A DNA stretch of 62,781 nucleotides, counting the filler, from Choristocarpus tenellus KU-1152 (lineage: Eukaryota; Protista; Phaeophyceae): assembly GCA_964200185.2 (NCBI GenBank). It is 10 parts of 10 records of this genome, joined end to end, with 100 filler letters (N's around TTAATTAATTAA, not from the genome) between each part and the next. Parts side by side here need not be neighbours in the genome. Positions count along the whole stretch, not along the records: positions 1 to 4,454 come from CAXNAD020014477.1; positions 4,555 to 19,989 come from CAXNAD020001001.1; 8 more parts are not named here. One strand, written 5' to 3'. The notes under the pieces were generated by a model. The model saw only the letters and a list, made by a program, of their open reading frames with translations, was not told where the DNA came from and searched no databases. This document shows positions 1 through 11,000 of this stretch, piece after piece; positions within the stretch are counted from its first letter, which is position 1, and the number at the start of each line of letters is the position of its first letter. A program made the translations under genes and the position numbers.

Positions 1-79
1 ATAGAAGCCTCTACTAAGAACAAAATTGCGGGGGAGGGGGGGGTGGGTTAATTGTCGTACTCAAATACATTGAACCTAC

Positions 80-3000
80 CTTGTGGGTCCCTGAAGTAAT
101 AATGGCGCATTTCCTGACGCCACTGCGCGTGCAAGACAGCGGAGTGTCCCATGTACTGATGGTGTCAGCACAAACCTGACCAAGAGTATGTCACATTCAA
201 ATTATGTGAGATATACATACACATGCAACTTCCTAAATTGTCCTACCGTGAGATATTGTAGTCCATTAACTCCAAGATAAATAACTATGTAACACCTTGA
301 CATTTGCAAAGCTTACCTTTGCAAGCTTGTTAGTGGATCCTTCACAGCCCAATCCCTCCTCTCGAGCGGACCAGTTTCCAACCAGAAGGGACCAACACGT
401 TCCCAATCTTCCCCCTTGGCACTGCGTCCACCAGGTCGTGGTGGAGGTCTCTCCATATCCTTCATAGCTATACCTCTTGCAAAGGCCTTTATTATACCCT
501 TCCTAAGAGTACCCTGGCAATCTCTGTGGGGAAATGGCAACATAGCAGGAAGATGGCAGAACCTTAGCCTTGTGAAGAGCAGACTCAAAATGTGTAGCAA
601 TAGGCTCGAAGTAGATACGGCAGATAAGAGTTGGCACATCAATTTTTCAGAAACAGTACAAAACGCAGCCTTCCACAAAACGTCTCACATATCCAGTTGT
701 GTCTCAAATGCTGCCCGAAAACCCTCAACCATGGCTCTTGGTAAGGTGAACCTCCTTCCCACTAGCTCTCTGGCAGCTGATAAAGCCCCAACAAATGTTC
801 GCAAAGAATATCGAGCTGGTTGACCTGCTCCATCACTGAGACTCCCTTTTGCTAGACCTCTTGCCCACAAGTAGAGGTCCACTGCTGTCGACACAATCTT
901 GACAAATACACACACACAACGGAAGCACCAGACCAAACAAAGAAAGCTGAAAAGGTCTACCAATGTTGACCACATCAAAGTCAGTTTTTATTTACAAGGC
1001 ACACCCTATTTCTTACTTGAAGTCCCAAGACCTACCTACCATTTCTACTTATGGCAGTCTAGGAACCTAATTGACATTAAATCCACCGGGTTCACAAGCA
1101 TATTCACATCTGTTCATGAGCCCATCATATTGAAGACTGAAGTTGCGATTGCTCCTCATTTTATGTTCAGAACAGATCTTGGTATATTTCAAAGGTAATC
1201 ATGGGGCTCAATAACAGAGTGCAAATGCCACAAACAGATGAACTAAAATGAAAACACATGAAAACCATGTTTTGACTTCTACAATGATTGTCTCACCTTG
1301 TCTGATCCCACATCTCCAAGGTATTCATCTGCCACTCTCTTGAGGTCTACACGTTCTTCCAGCTCAGAGACGTATATCTCTGAAAATCTGTATGACAAAA
1401 ACCATGACAGAGAACTTCTCAGAGAACGTTTCTGACATTTTGTTGTGCATATCACAGTACATCCTCCATTCATTCGCATTACCATCACCCAACAATCAAG
1501 CTACAGACAGCAACAATAGTCACCTTACTACTTGGTTGTTGGGTTCACAAAAGAGAAGAATTGAAGGTTGTCATCAATTCACCTTCTTCGGAGAGCAGGA
1601 GGAAGGTCCTTTTTCGATGCATCTGTTGGTGGGTTCATTGCAGCAAAGAGTCTGAAGTTCGGATGTCTCTTGATCGGGTCCACATCCCCTCTCTCTGTCA
1701 AACATAGGCTTCCATGTGAAGCCTTCAAAAGAAGTCAAAACAGACCAGTGAAAATTGGGAAAATGTATTGCTTCAACCTGGTAGAATCAATTTACAAATA
1801 TGTAGGCATGATATCACTAACCTCAACGGGTAGGATCAGTCCATCTAGTTAAAAGTCAGACACAAGCCACATCTCATGGAGGTGGCATGTTGGTGAGACT
1901 AACCACCAACTTTCAGAGTAGCTGATTCATTGACATCATATCCTCTACAACAGGGCATTCTATACTACACCATTTTGACAGTTCACATATCACTCAGGGG
2001 TATGTTTTTACAGAGGGTTACACAAGACATAAATTTTCTAATCATATCAGAGTATTGTAAACAGAGCCCTTGCTTGAGATATTTGAATAATATTGCTTTC
2101 CCACACTAAAAAAGAAATGAAGCCGAGTGAAGCAAACCTAGCGGATCAGCCAGTTCTAGTCAAGGTGTCTACAATAACCCACAACCACAAAGTGGAGAGG
2201 GCATGTGACGAGACTAAGCGTCATGTTCAGAGTAGCTGGTTAATGGCATCATATCCTATGTCTCCTTATCTCTCTCATCAACTCTGTGGATTGTATCTGT
2301 CCGCTATCCTACCTGAAACTGTAGGAACTAGTAATGACAACTGTTTTGAAGATCGAGATTAGCAGCCCCTTACATCTCTAGCACAACACCTTGTTAATTC
2401 GGTGAGTCATGACAACACACATAATACACTGACCGTGTGCACAATGAATGGAGTTGAGTTTATTCAAAGCTAGTACTTATTCAACCACCGTGTTAGGTAA
2501 GTATTTACCTCAAGCAATCCAGAGAGGCGCTGCAACGTCTCTGCAGATGCAAGGTTGATCTCATCCAACAAAACCCACTTGCCCTCCCTTAAAGCCTTCA
2601 CCAGAACACCCTCAACGAAAGAAAATGCAAAAGATCCCTCAACAGCTGACCTGCATTATCATGGAATAAGACAGCGTGAGGAGACAGGAAGGATTAAAAC
2701 AAATCACAAAATGCACTGTGGGGACAGTTGATCATTTCTTCCAATACCTAGAGCTACTTTACGATAGCTGTGTAGCATATCCGTCTCACCCACTGTTTTC
2801 ACAATGATTTTTGTTTGAGAACTTTACAAGATCAAAATATATGCAACAAATCATGTTACAATATGAAGACCAGGTGTGGACTTAAGTCCCAAAATAAAAA
2901 TGTGTCTAACAGAACCGTGGCAAATCTGGGCTTAAAACTCTTCACACGTAACAGCACCAACTCATACTTCTCTTGTAAGTGAAGGTACACTCTGGTCTCA

Positions 3001-3983
3001 GTCAATGGGTGTGTGGTAACACAATGGTCAACATGAGTAGTTGGTAACCATTCAGAGCTCAATTTCTCGATCATTGACCTGTACACTCTCACAGTTGAGC
3101 AGTGACAAACTGTTGTACTGATCTAAGAGTACTAAACTTCCAAACAGAAAATCTTGTTTAAGGGTATTCTGGTCTCAGTCAATGGGTGTGTGGTAACACA
3201 ATGGTCAACATGAGTAGTTGGTAACCATTCAGGGCTCAATTTCTCGATCATTGACCAGTACACCCCCACAATGCAACAATAACACATTGCTGTGCTGATC
3301 TAAGATTTATCAACCTTCATAAAAAAAACTTGTTCGATGGCACTTTGGTCTCAGTCAATGGGTGTGTGGTAACACAATGGTCAACAGGAGTAGTTGGTAA
3401 CCATTCAGAGCTCAATTTCTCGATCATTGACCAACATATACCTTGCTTCAGGAACATTCAATTTGTAGATATGTGAATACTTCAACAAAAACAAAACCAT
3501 ATGTGCTTCAAGGCCTCATCAAGATATATTTTCTTCCTTCCCTCTGACACAGAGGTGCAGTTCTCAAACTTTTAGAGTATCATCAGCCTGATCAATGTCA
3601 CACATTACCTAAAGTTGACTTGATATTACAAACATGGTTTTATACACGGTAGAAAGTACAAAAAATTATGTCACGATTCAAGATTGAGAGCCTGCATATT
3701 TACCATTATAATTCTCTGAGACCCTACTTTCAAAGGGTAAATCAAACTCCACTCGTGCTCTCAATAGGTGTGTACCTACACCTGATTAATACTTCACCTT
3801 TGCCGCTCAAACTGGGTCACTTTGGAGCTAAATTTTTCCCACTCACAACGCTGTGAGTTGGGACTAGAAATAGCATTGGTGCGACAACTTTTGCTGGCCT
3901 TTCCAGCAGTAGATGGTAATGGGGTCTCCATTTCTTGCTGAGCGTGCTCACGGTGTTGAGCAGTCACTGGTTCAAAAGACAAC
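80..3983 (-). CDS. MDN1: Midasin (Rea1) AAA-ATPase, internal fragment covering AAA3 to the start of AAA4. Exons ~3983-3798, 2650-2509, 1722-1583, 1387-1297, 897-689, 523-317, 175-80
   Basis: GT-AG exons join in frame to give WEKFSSKVTQFERQR/SAVEGSFAFSFVEGVLVKALREGKWVLLDEINLASAETLQRLSGLLE/ASHGSLCLTERGDVDPIKRHPNFRLFAAMNPPTDASKKDLPPALRRR/FSEIYV...YSLRTF.../FVLTPSV...PLLLQGPTS. These are the Walker B, sensor and next Walker A motifs typical of midasin. The acceptor of the most 5' exon is approximate. Confidence 0.93.
1117..1210 (-). ncRNA. Intronic box C/D snoRNA candidate, dual LSU rRNA guide
   Basis: Terminal stem TGAGCCC/GGGCTCA. C box ATGATTA, D' CTGA, C' ATGAGGA, D ATGA. The D' guide ACCAAGATCTG complements conserved LSU CAGAUCUUGGU; the D guide ACTTCAGTCTTCAA complements LSU UUGAAGACUGAAGU. 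Sense orientation within a midasin intron. Confidence 0.8.
1832..1944 (-). ncRNA. Intronic box C/D snoRNA candidate (paralogue A), LSU guide
   Basis: Stem AGGA/TCCT, C box ATGATGT, D' and D CTGA. D' guide AATCAGCTACT pairs with LSU AGUAGCUGGUU (one G-U); D guide ACTAGATGG pairs with LSU CCAUCUAGU. Internal hairpin GTTGGTG/CACCAAC has loop TTAGTCT, complementary to the adjacent LSU AGACUAA. Confidence 0.8.
2143..2256 (-). ncRNA. Intronic box C/D snoRNA candidate (paralogue B), LSU guide
   Basis: Diverged copy of 1832-1944. C box ATGATGC, D' guide AACCAGCTACT-CTGA (perfect to AGUAGCUGGUU), hairpin TGACG/CGTCA with the same TTAGTCT loop, D box CTGA, GGA/TCC stem. Confidence 0.78.
2994..3079 (-). 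ncRNA. Box C/D snoRNA candidate, copy 1 of a tandem triplet
   Basis: GGTC-A-ATGATCG (C-like)...CTGA (D')...ATGTTGA (C')...CTGA (D)-GACC. The 86-nt unit is conserved in three copies while the spacers diverge. Confidence 0.75.
3171..3256 (-). ncRNA. Box C/D snoRNA candidate, copy 2 of a tandem triplet
   Basis: Same 86-nt unit. The single change is immediately 5' of the D' box; the terminal stem extends to CTGGTC/GACCAG. Confidence 0.75.
3347..3432 (-). ncRNA. Box C/D snoRNA candidate, copy 3 of a tandem triplet
   Basis: Same 86-nt unit. The single change is at the first base of C'; terminal stem TTGGTC/GACCAA is compensatory relative to copy 2. Confidence 0.75.
3511..3589 (-). ncRNA. Box C/D snoRNA candidate, LSU guide
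   Basis: AGGC/GCCT stem, C box CTGATGA, guide AAAGTTTGAGAA complementary to conserved LSU UUCUCAAACUUU followed by a non-canonical D' (CTGC), internal hairpin CCTCTG/CAGAGG, D box ATGA. Confidence 0.5.
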
Positions 3984-4099
3984 CTGTCCAGCTGACATTC
4001 ATTATGATGAGGGACAGGTAAACATGTAATTGAGAACATTTCTAAAGCACTAGAATCAATAAAAACCAGCAACCAAAACATCAACATTGAGTTAGGGGT

Positions 4100-4454
4100 T
4101 AAAAGCAATCTACACAGTAGTGAGGATTCAAGGGAAAGGGGTAGGGTGGGTGGGTGGGAGTGTTTGACACAGGAGGACAGGCAATATCCAAATTTAAAAA
4201 AATTAAATGAAAATAAATAAATCTTACTTTCACTAAAAGCAATTTACACAGGAGTGAGGATTCAAGGGAAAGGGAGGGTTGATTGTGTAACACAGGGTGA
4301 CAGGCAATATCCAAAGTAGAAAAAAAGTAGAAAACATTCTAAATCAAGAAAATAAATAAATTTTACATTCACTATGAGCAATTTACACAGGAGTGAGGAT
4401 TCAAGGGAAAGGGGGGGAGAAGGGGGGGGGGGGGGTGCGTGAAAATAGGGGACA
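4100..4454. repeat. Tandem repeat, unit of about 135-140 bp, about 2.5 copies, truncated by the contig end
   Basis: AGCAAT(C/T)TACACAG(T/G)AGTGAGGATTCAAGGGAAAGGG recurs at about 4104, 4238 and 4377. Confidence 0.85.
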
Positions 4455-4554
4455 NNNNNNNNNNNNNNNNNNNNNNNNNNNNNNNNNNNNNNNNNNNNTT
4501 AATTAATTAANNNNNNNNNNNNNNNNNNNNNNNNNNNNNNNNNNNNNNNNNNNN
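4455..4554. other. Artificial contig linker N44-TTAATTAATTAA-N44
   Basis: Identical 100-bp spacer with stop codons in all six frames, occurring nine times in the window. Confidence 0.98.
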
Positions 4555-4872
4555 CTTAATGACAGGTACACGGTCAACAAAGAAGCGCTTGCGATTGCGG
4601 CGGTTCTCACACGCCTGGATGATGTCCTGCTCCTTGGCCAACATGCGGGCAAGGAAGGACTCACTATCTGCCGCGAACTTCTTCACACAGGCTAAGCGCT
4701 TGCAGCAGTCACCCTGTTCGTTAACTGGGATAGGTTGAGCCCATTCTCGGCGAAGCTTGGCGCCGGTCGCTGAAGCGTCATTGGCAGAAACGTCATTGGT
4801 ACAAAGCTCCAGCATATCATTGTTGGCGGGCTGATGAGGGGACAACGCAGGGGGCAGTAGTGCAGGTGACAA
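4555..4872 (-). pseudogene. Truncated GC-rich ORF, possibly the N-terminus of a transposon-encoded protein
   Basis: ORF ...GDCCKRLACVKKF... runs off the contig edge, is intronless, and is preceded by two ~125-bp direct repeats. No family recognised. Confidence 0.3.
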
Positions 4873-4917
4873 AAGTCACTCCCTTGCTGTGGGAGCAACT
4901 GTCATGGTGTTTTCAAG

Positions 4918-5205
4918 CAACAGGTGGTCTTGGGCAGTGAGAAGGTCTAGGAGTGAATTGAATTCGAAGCCGGGTGTACGATGTTTGAGTTTGAAGAGAC
5001 CCGTCGGACCAAAATGAAATCCGTGTTCTGGAAAACGCGTTTATTCTCGCTGTGACAAAAAAAAACTAGATTCTACTTTGGTTTCAGGCAACAGGCGGTC
5101 TTGGGCACGATCGAATTGAATTCGAAGCCGGGCGTACGATGTTTGAGTTTCAAGTGATCCGTCGGACCAGCCTGAAATCCATGTTCTGGAAAATATGTTT
5201 ATTCT
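4918..5205. repeat. Two diverged direct repeats (4918-5047 and 5089-5205)
   Basis: CAACAGG.GGTCTTGGGCA...GAATTGAATTCGAAGCCGGG.GTACGATGTTTGAGTTT...CCGTCGGACCA...TGTTCTGGAAAA...TTTATTCT is present twice. Confidence 0.85.
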
Positions 5206-8039
5206 GGTTATTATGAATTAAAAATTAGATTCTATTCTTAATTTCAATAAATAAAAATATAAACCACATACTTAATTGATCTAATACGTTTGAAATATTA
5301 CGAAACGAAAAGGTCACAAAAAACTGATACTCTATTTGTTTTAAATATGAAATCGTGTACTGTTCGATATTCATATTTTTTAGAACACAATTATCAACGG
5401 AAAGAGAAATCTGAGTTCCTTGGGTGCCGACGGACCAGATGAAATAAAGCAGTACCTCCCAACCCTCACTCCTCATTTCCATTCCTTCCCTTCCGCCCAT
5501 ACCACCAGCAGCTCTTTCTTATCTATCTCTGTCACACCTTCCCAAACTTCGCCATTTCCAACTTTCGCTCAACAACGACCCCCCCTCGCGCCAATGGCGC
5601 TGCCCACGGATCGAGAGCGTCGGACAGCAATGCCAAGGGCATGGCAAACAGAGGATACGGGAGTGTTGTTGTTCATGATGCCTCATTCGTCCAGTAGTTC
5701 AAGCAGGTTGTTCATGTGTCTGTTGCACTCCTGGTATTGTGCTTACCATCGTTGGCAACAGTGCTTGCTTCAGGTGACATGCAGAGTGTCTCGTGGTGGC
5801 AGGGGGAGGAGGGGTACAACGAATGAGCAGCAAATTGAAAAAGCTGATGGTTTTTTTCTTTTCTAAATGTGCTGGATTTTTTTTTTTACTACAAGCTACC
5901 GATAGATACAGTAGCCTTCTTCTGCTTCTCCCTTTTGTTGTCATGTGATGTGTTACAACTCCAACAACTTGCCAGAGGAAACAGATAAATGCCGATCGGC
6001 GTATCTGACAGGGTGGGGGGGGGGCAGATCGCAACAAAAGATATCTCGGGCATGACTGAGATATTTGTACAAAGAGGTCGATCATCATATAATGTCAATA
6101 CTTGTATGCGCTCAGTGGTAGCTTATTCTTCTCTACAAATTAATAATGTGGGAAAATAACGCTTCTTCGCAGTCAGTCAGCCATCCGTAATGACAATGAG
6201 ACGCCACCCCGAAAAAAACTACTTCCAAGTACTATTATTTTCTACCACCGCCACCACCAACAGTCAAACGACTCCACCAACCGCACTAATTATTCAAGCA
6301 AGCCAACGCAGGGCATACATGTACACGACGATCAAACGAAATCGTTGCCACCCCCCACACACTGTCCTATTACCACCTTCGTCGGGATGGATTCCCATTC
6401 GTAGCGGGGGGCCTTCCAAAAGTGCTGCAACATTAAAAAAAAAACATATGTACACTTTCCGCACACCAATCCGCGTCTCGCTCATCCTCGATAAAAAGTT
6501 CCATCCTCAATTTTGATGATCGGCTGTTAACTACAGAAAGTAGTTATTAGAATGCCCAATTTGCACAGATGGTTGTATACTACCCGGCTCATGCTTTCTT
6601 AATATCATCAGTCGAAATTTAGAATTCAAGTCGACAAAGTGGCAAGTACTCTTAAAAGTGAATAAATTGGCAGTTTTCTTTCTAATTTCCAGCCCTTGCC
6701 AAATCGTGATTTACTCAAGACAGGGTTAGTTCATGTTGCACACGCCTTCCACTGGGTGGACCGAAAATAACCCAACCATCCCCTTCAGAATGTAGCATTA
6801 CAGTTTTCACTGTTGCCTTCTGTTTGTTCACGGGAACTGAAGATTTTCCACCCACTCACTACAGTAGTGAAAAATTCTTGATGGCTCTCTCCCTGCCAAA
6901 GTCGCATCTTCCTCTAAAATTTGTATCAAACTCAAACTGTATAACCAAAACGAGGGAACAATAAGCAAGTGAATAGAAAGCAATGTCATGCATCTAAATG
7001 TTGATGATGACCTAACAAGAAGAAGGAAAAACTGGAGGGAATGAATGTATTGAAGCAATGAACATCGGCACAGGCAGACCAGCAGCAAGAGATCGTGACT
7101 GAATGCTCTGCACACTGCACCTCCCCAGGAGGCTGCCTGAATGACTGTGGTGTGCATCACATGGGACAAATTGATAAATTTGTTGTGATAAGTACCGAAA
7201 CAGTAATACCGATATACTATTGGGATTAACATTGCTATAGGATAACTGCAGGAGGCAGGCGGGAGGCGTATCTGCAAGCATGCACAAAGCAGGCATATGG
7301 TAACACAACACACTCCTGATATCTCACGGGAGAAAATTTGCGTCTGGCATAAACTACGTTTCACACACAACCTCAAAGGCACCAAAGGGACACATGGAAC
7401 ACAAGACACTCAAATATACAGCACAAAGCCTTTCTTGATGAAACACAACACCAAACAACTCAGTTTGGTATTTGAGAAGGCTTGTCTACAAGCTGTGGAA
7501 AGATCAACAAAACATATTGGAAGAAGGGTACGGGAGTCTGGTACAAAAAACATAAACAACAATAGAACACCCTCAATATCCTCCTTCTCTCGGGAATACC
7601 ACCTATCACCTCCTTGATCTTGGAATGACCCGAATACAGGGTACTGTACTGCGTCTTGAAAATACAAAATTGATCTTGAAAAAGATGGAACAAATTGGCA
7701 CAAAAAATAAAAAGCACTCTTCGCATGGACCTACTTGCTTCACAATAACTACTTCAGTGCTTCCCAAAGCGAGAGACTACATAAGCAAGCTAACCGCGAA
7801 ACAAAACATCGTAAACACACTACCAGTTCCACCTTGCAGCCATTGAAGAGTACAATTATTAGTATACCTAGTAGAGACACAGCACGCACATTTTATATGC
7901 TCATACAGACAAGTTATAGATTGTGACGCACCTACAAAATGTGAAAGGCTTGCACTGGGGAATTCTCAAGAGATATGTTTATAAAATAAAATCACGCACA
8001 TACAGTATCACAGTGTGGAGGGGGCAAGAGCTACAGCGA

Positions 8040-11000
8040 TCAAGGAATCAAGCTCTCTCCCTTAAGGCCATCTGGGGTGTCGGGCTGTTCATCCTCGCTT
8101 TCAGAGTATTCTCGACTATTATCGCTGGCGGAGAGATGCACATCAACATCAACAGATAGTTCCCCCGACGCAGATAATGTCAATGCTTCCATGGAAAGGC
8201 TGCTGCTGACCTCGAAGGGGAGGTTGGATCCTTCTCTCAACTGTGGCGTTGTTGCCTCTTTCTCTGAGTCTGCTCCTGAGTCTCCCGAGTCTGAGAAGTT
8301 CCCCATCACCTGCTTGACAAGATGTGCCATTTGGCAATACTCAGGGTTAGGACTATGCATTATAGAGACTTAATTCTCGTTTGTGAGTCAACCATAGCCT
8401 AAAACTCAACCCAAAACATACACACCCTACATAATATTCTCACATATACAATACTACACTCCGAACACACCTGCACCATTGCTAACCAAGTGTACATACT
8501 AAGGTATCAAAGGTTGAGCATATTGCACAGGATATTCATCAAAGAACCATACAGAGGTAAACTTTCAGCAAACTCGGACTAATTCAAGGAACTGCTTGTT
8601 GCACTTCTAAAGAACGTGAGCAGAGGAAGGCAATAGAAACAAAACAAGAGGGGGTCACATATTCAGTGGCAACATAACAAAAATCCAAATAAGCTGGGCT
8701 TACTGAAAGGTGATTATTAGGAATCCTGCGGAAAAAATGATAAAGAGTTTTACTAAGACTGCTTCCAATCCCATCTGCAGCAGCTATGCTGAGTGAACAT
8801 TGAAATGTGCCACTATTGTTCAAGGCATTGTCATATGTCTTTTCTGACAGCTTGTAAGACTACTGTGTGGGTCAACAACATTATTTTGCCAAGTATTCCA
8901 TCAATAGTCGCAACGTAATCCGAGCCAAAATATCTTAGAGGGTAGAGCCACCTCCATTTGGGGTTCAAAATGCAATGTTGCAATTTTGATGTAATTTTGG
9001 CTATCGTGTTTGTTAGGAAGTGTCAAATATTCTTGTTTGGACACAACTTTCATAATGTATACATTTTACCTACTTCGAAACATCTTGGAGTCAAAAAATG
9101 TTATGAAAAAAACCCATGGGAAGCCAAGCCCCAAACGGACAAACAGGGCAAAACTCGTACTCTCTAAGGCACTTTCACTCATCTGCCAACCATGTCTTCA
9201 TTCCTGCATCAAACAAAATGACTGCCTGCCTGACATACGAGTCATCCACACAAGTTCTACATTTGAACACACTGACAATAGATGGGGAGTCTCAAGATTT
9301 CGTATTGATTTCACTATGGTTTTGACAAGGCTGATAACAAAAGCTCCTTAAAACTTCTCCCTCGTCCAAACATAAGGGAACAACCGGTTTCTCATACCTG
9401 CATCAAATCCAATACTCCCAATGCCCGCTCTGTGGCATCATGCTCGGCCACTTGGTCCCCCTCATCTTCTGCAACCACTACCGGTGTTGGTGCAACTCTT
9501 CCCCTTCTCTGTGGTGTCTCCTCCTCCTCTGAGCTGGAGAAGAAAACCTCTATCGTTATGCCCCTTTCAACTGGGACTTCCTTCTCTGGGGTACGGTCCC
9601 TGGACACTTTGCTTTCTTCCATCCCCGCATCTACATCATTTTCCTCCCTCCATGGTGACCTCAAGGTGGACGCATCCAGGATACCTGGGAGTTTGGAAGC
9701 TGGACTCAACTCTGCACCTATTGATCCACCAGTAGCCCCATTGTTTCGCCCAGATTTCCGGTACTGTGGTGACCCTTCTCTATCTGAATCCGTCCCTGGC
9801 GAGAGTACTGGCTGTATTTCTTCGAGACTCCCATGTGCTGCACCCCCCTGAGCGCGTCTTGGACCCTCCTTCACCAGGACCCTCTCGTGTTCTTTCCTGG
9901 GGTCAGAAAAGCCCTGTGCTGGGGAAGTGTTGGGAGACTGCAGCATTTGTGGACTGGAAAGGCGACTGGGTAACCATGCACTACTCATCTCTGGGGGAGA
10001 CCCTCCTTGTGATGGTGGCATGGGTACAGACAAAGGAGACCTTAACTCTATGCCTGTGGGCCCCCTCATGACAGGTGATGCAGACGCCGATCTTGCACTC
10101 ACTGCTGCCTGAACTGCCTCTCTGGCTTCCTCGACTGCCCGTGATGCTGCTTTCTGAGCCTGTTGAACCTCAACAGATGTTGATGGGGCAAAGCTGCCAG
10201 TCGGCAAGAATTTCCTACTCCTGGTGACCAGTGGAGACAGTGGTGATCCTTTAAGAGCCAAAGGTGACGGTGGGTCACTGTCACTGCTGCTGCTGATGTC
10301 ATGTTCATCTTCACCATCAGAGAGCACCAAGCCAGACAGCATTGAACCAGACCTGTTCTCATCCATGGCATTATCTGCTTGCATGGAAGCGCTGCTGGAG
10401 CGTGATCGGCCGGAGCGACTAGATTGCCAAGAGTGATCCGACTTGATGTCCCAAAAGAGGACATCCGGTCAAACGTCGTTGCAGAGGGTTTGGAGGCATG
10501 GCAGAATGGGGAAGGTGGGGACTAGGTTGACATGAAGCACATGAAGCCTCACACTCCCCAACACAGACAAAGGTGAGCAATTCCAAGAGTTAGGAACACT
10601 TCAACAAAATACTGAATCACTGTAAGCATCAAGTTATCCTTTCAGAAACTATCTTACAGTCCAGGAATCCTCAATCTATAGAGGCAACTAACTCACTTTG
10701 GATTCTGATATAGGGGAAGGTTCGTAAGAGGATGACAGTGATGACCGAGAACTTAGGAGCGCCCTGGAGTACATGCGCTTGTGTCCAGTCATCTGTGAGT
10801 GCGTGTCGATGCCAGCATCCACTGCGTGCTCTGTTGGAGCGCTCACATCTGTCATGGTTCCCATGTCTGCAAATTCAGTGGCATCCAGGGCATGACGATC
10901 TGTGCTAGAGGTACTTGTACCAGCAGCAGTGACACCTGTCAAGGCAGACGTGTCCCCAGCTGCAGTGGCGCTGGAAGATGGGGTGACCTCTGAAACAATC

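Noticed and set aside
1488-1543. Hairpin CCCAACAATCAAG...CTTGGTTGTTGGG in a midasin intron
   Set aside because: No box motifs or second copy to support a function.
2290-2395. Possible H/ACA snoRNA (AAAACA hinge, CCTAC/GTAGG hairpin, ACA box) in a midasin intron
   Set aside because: The 5' hairpin geometry is poor and I could not identify an rRNA target. It needs snoGPS or Infernal.
2994-3432. CRISPR-like repeat-spacer array
   Set aside because: Repeats are 86 bp, the spacers are related to each other, the context is a eukaryotic intron and there are no cas genes. C/D boxes explain the pattern better.
4499-4510. TTAATTAATTAA as a piggyBac target or regulatory palindrome
   Set aside because: It is always embedded in N44 flanks and is a synthetic spacer.
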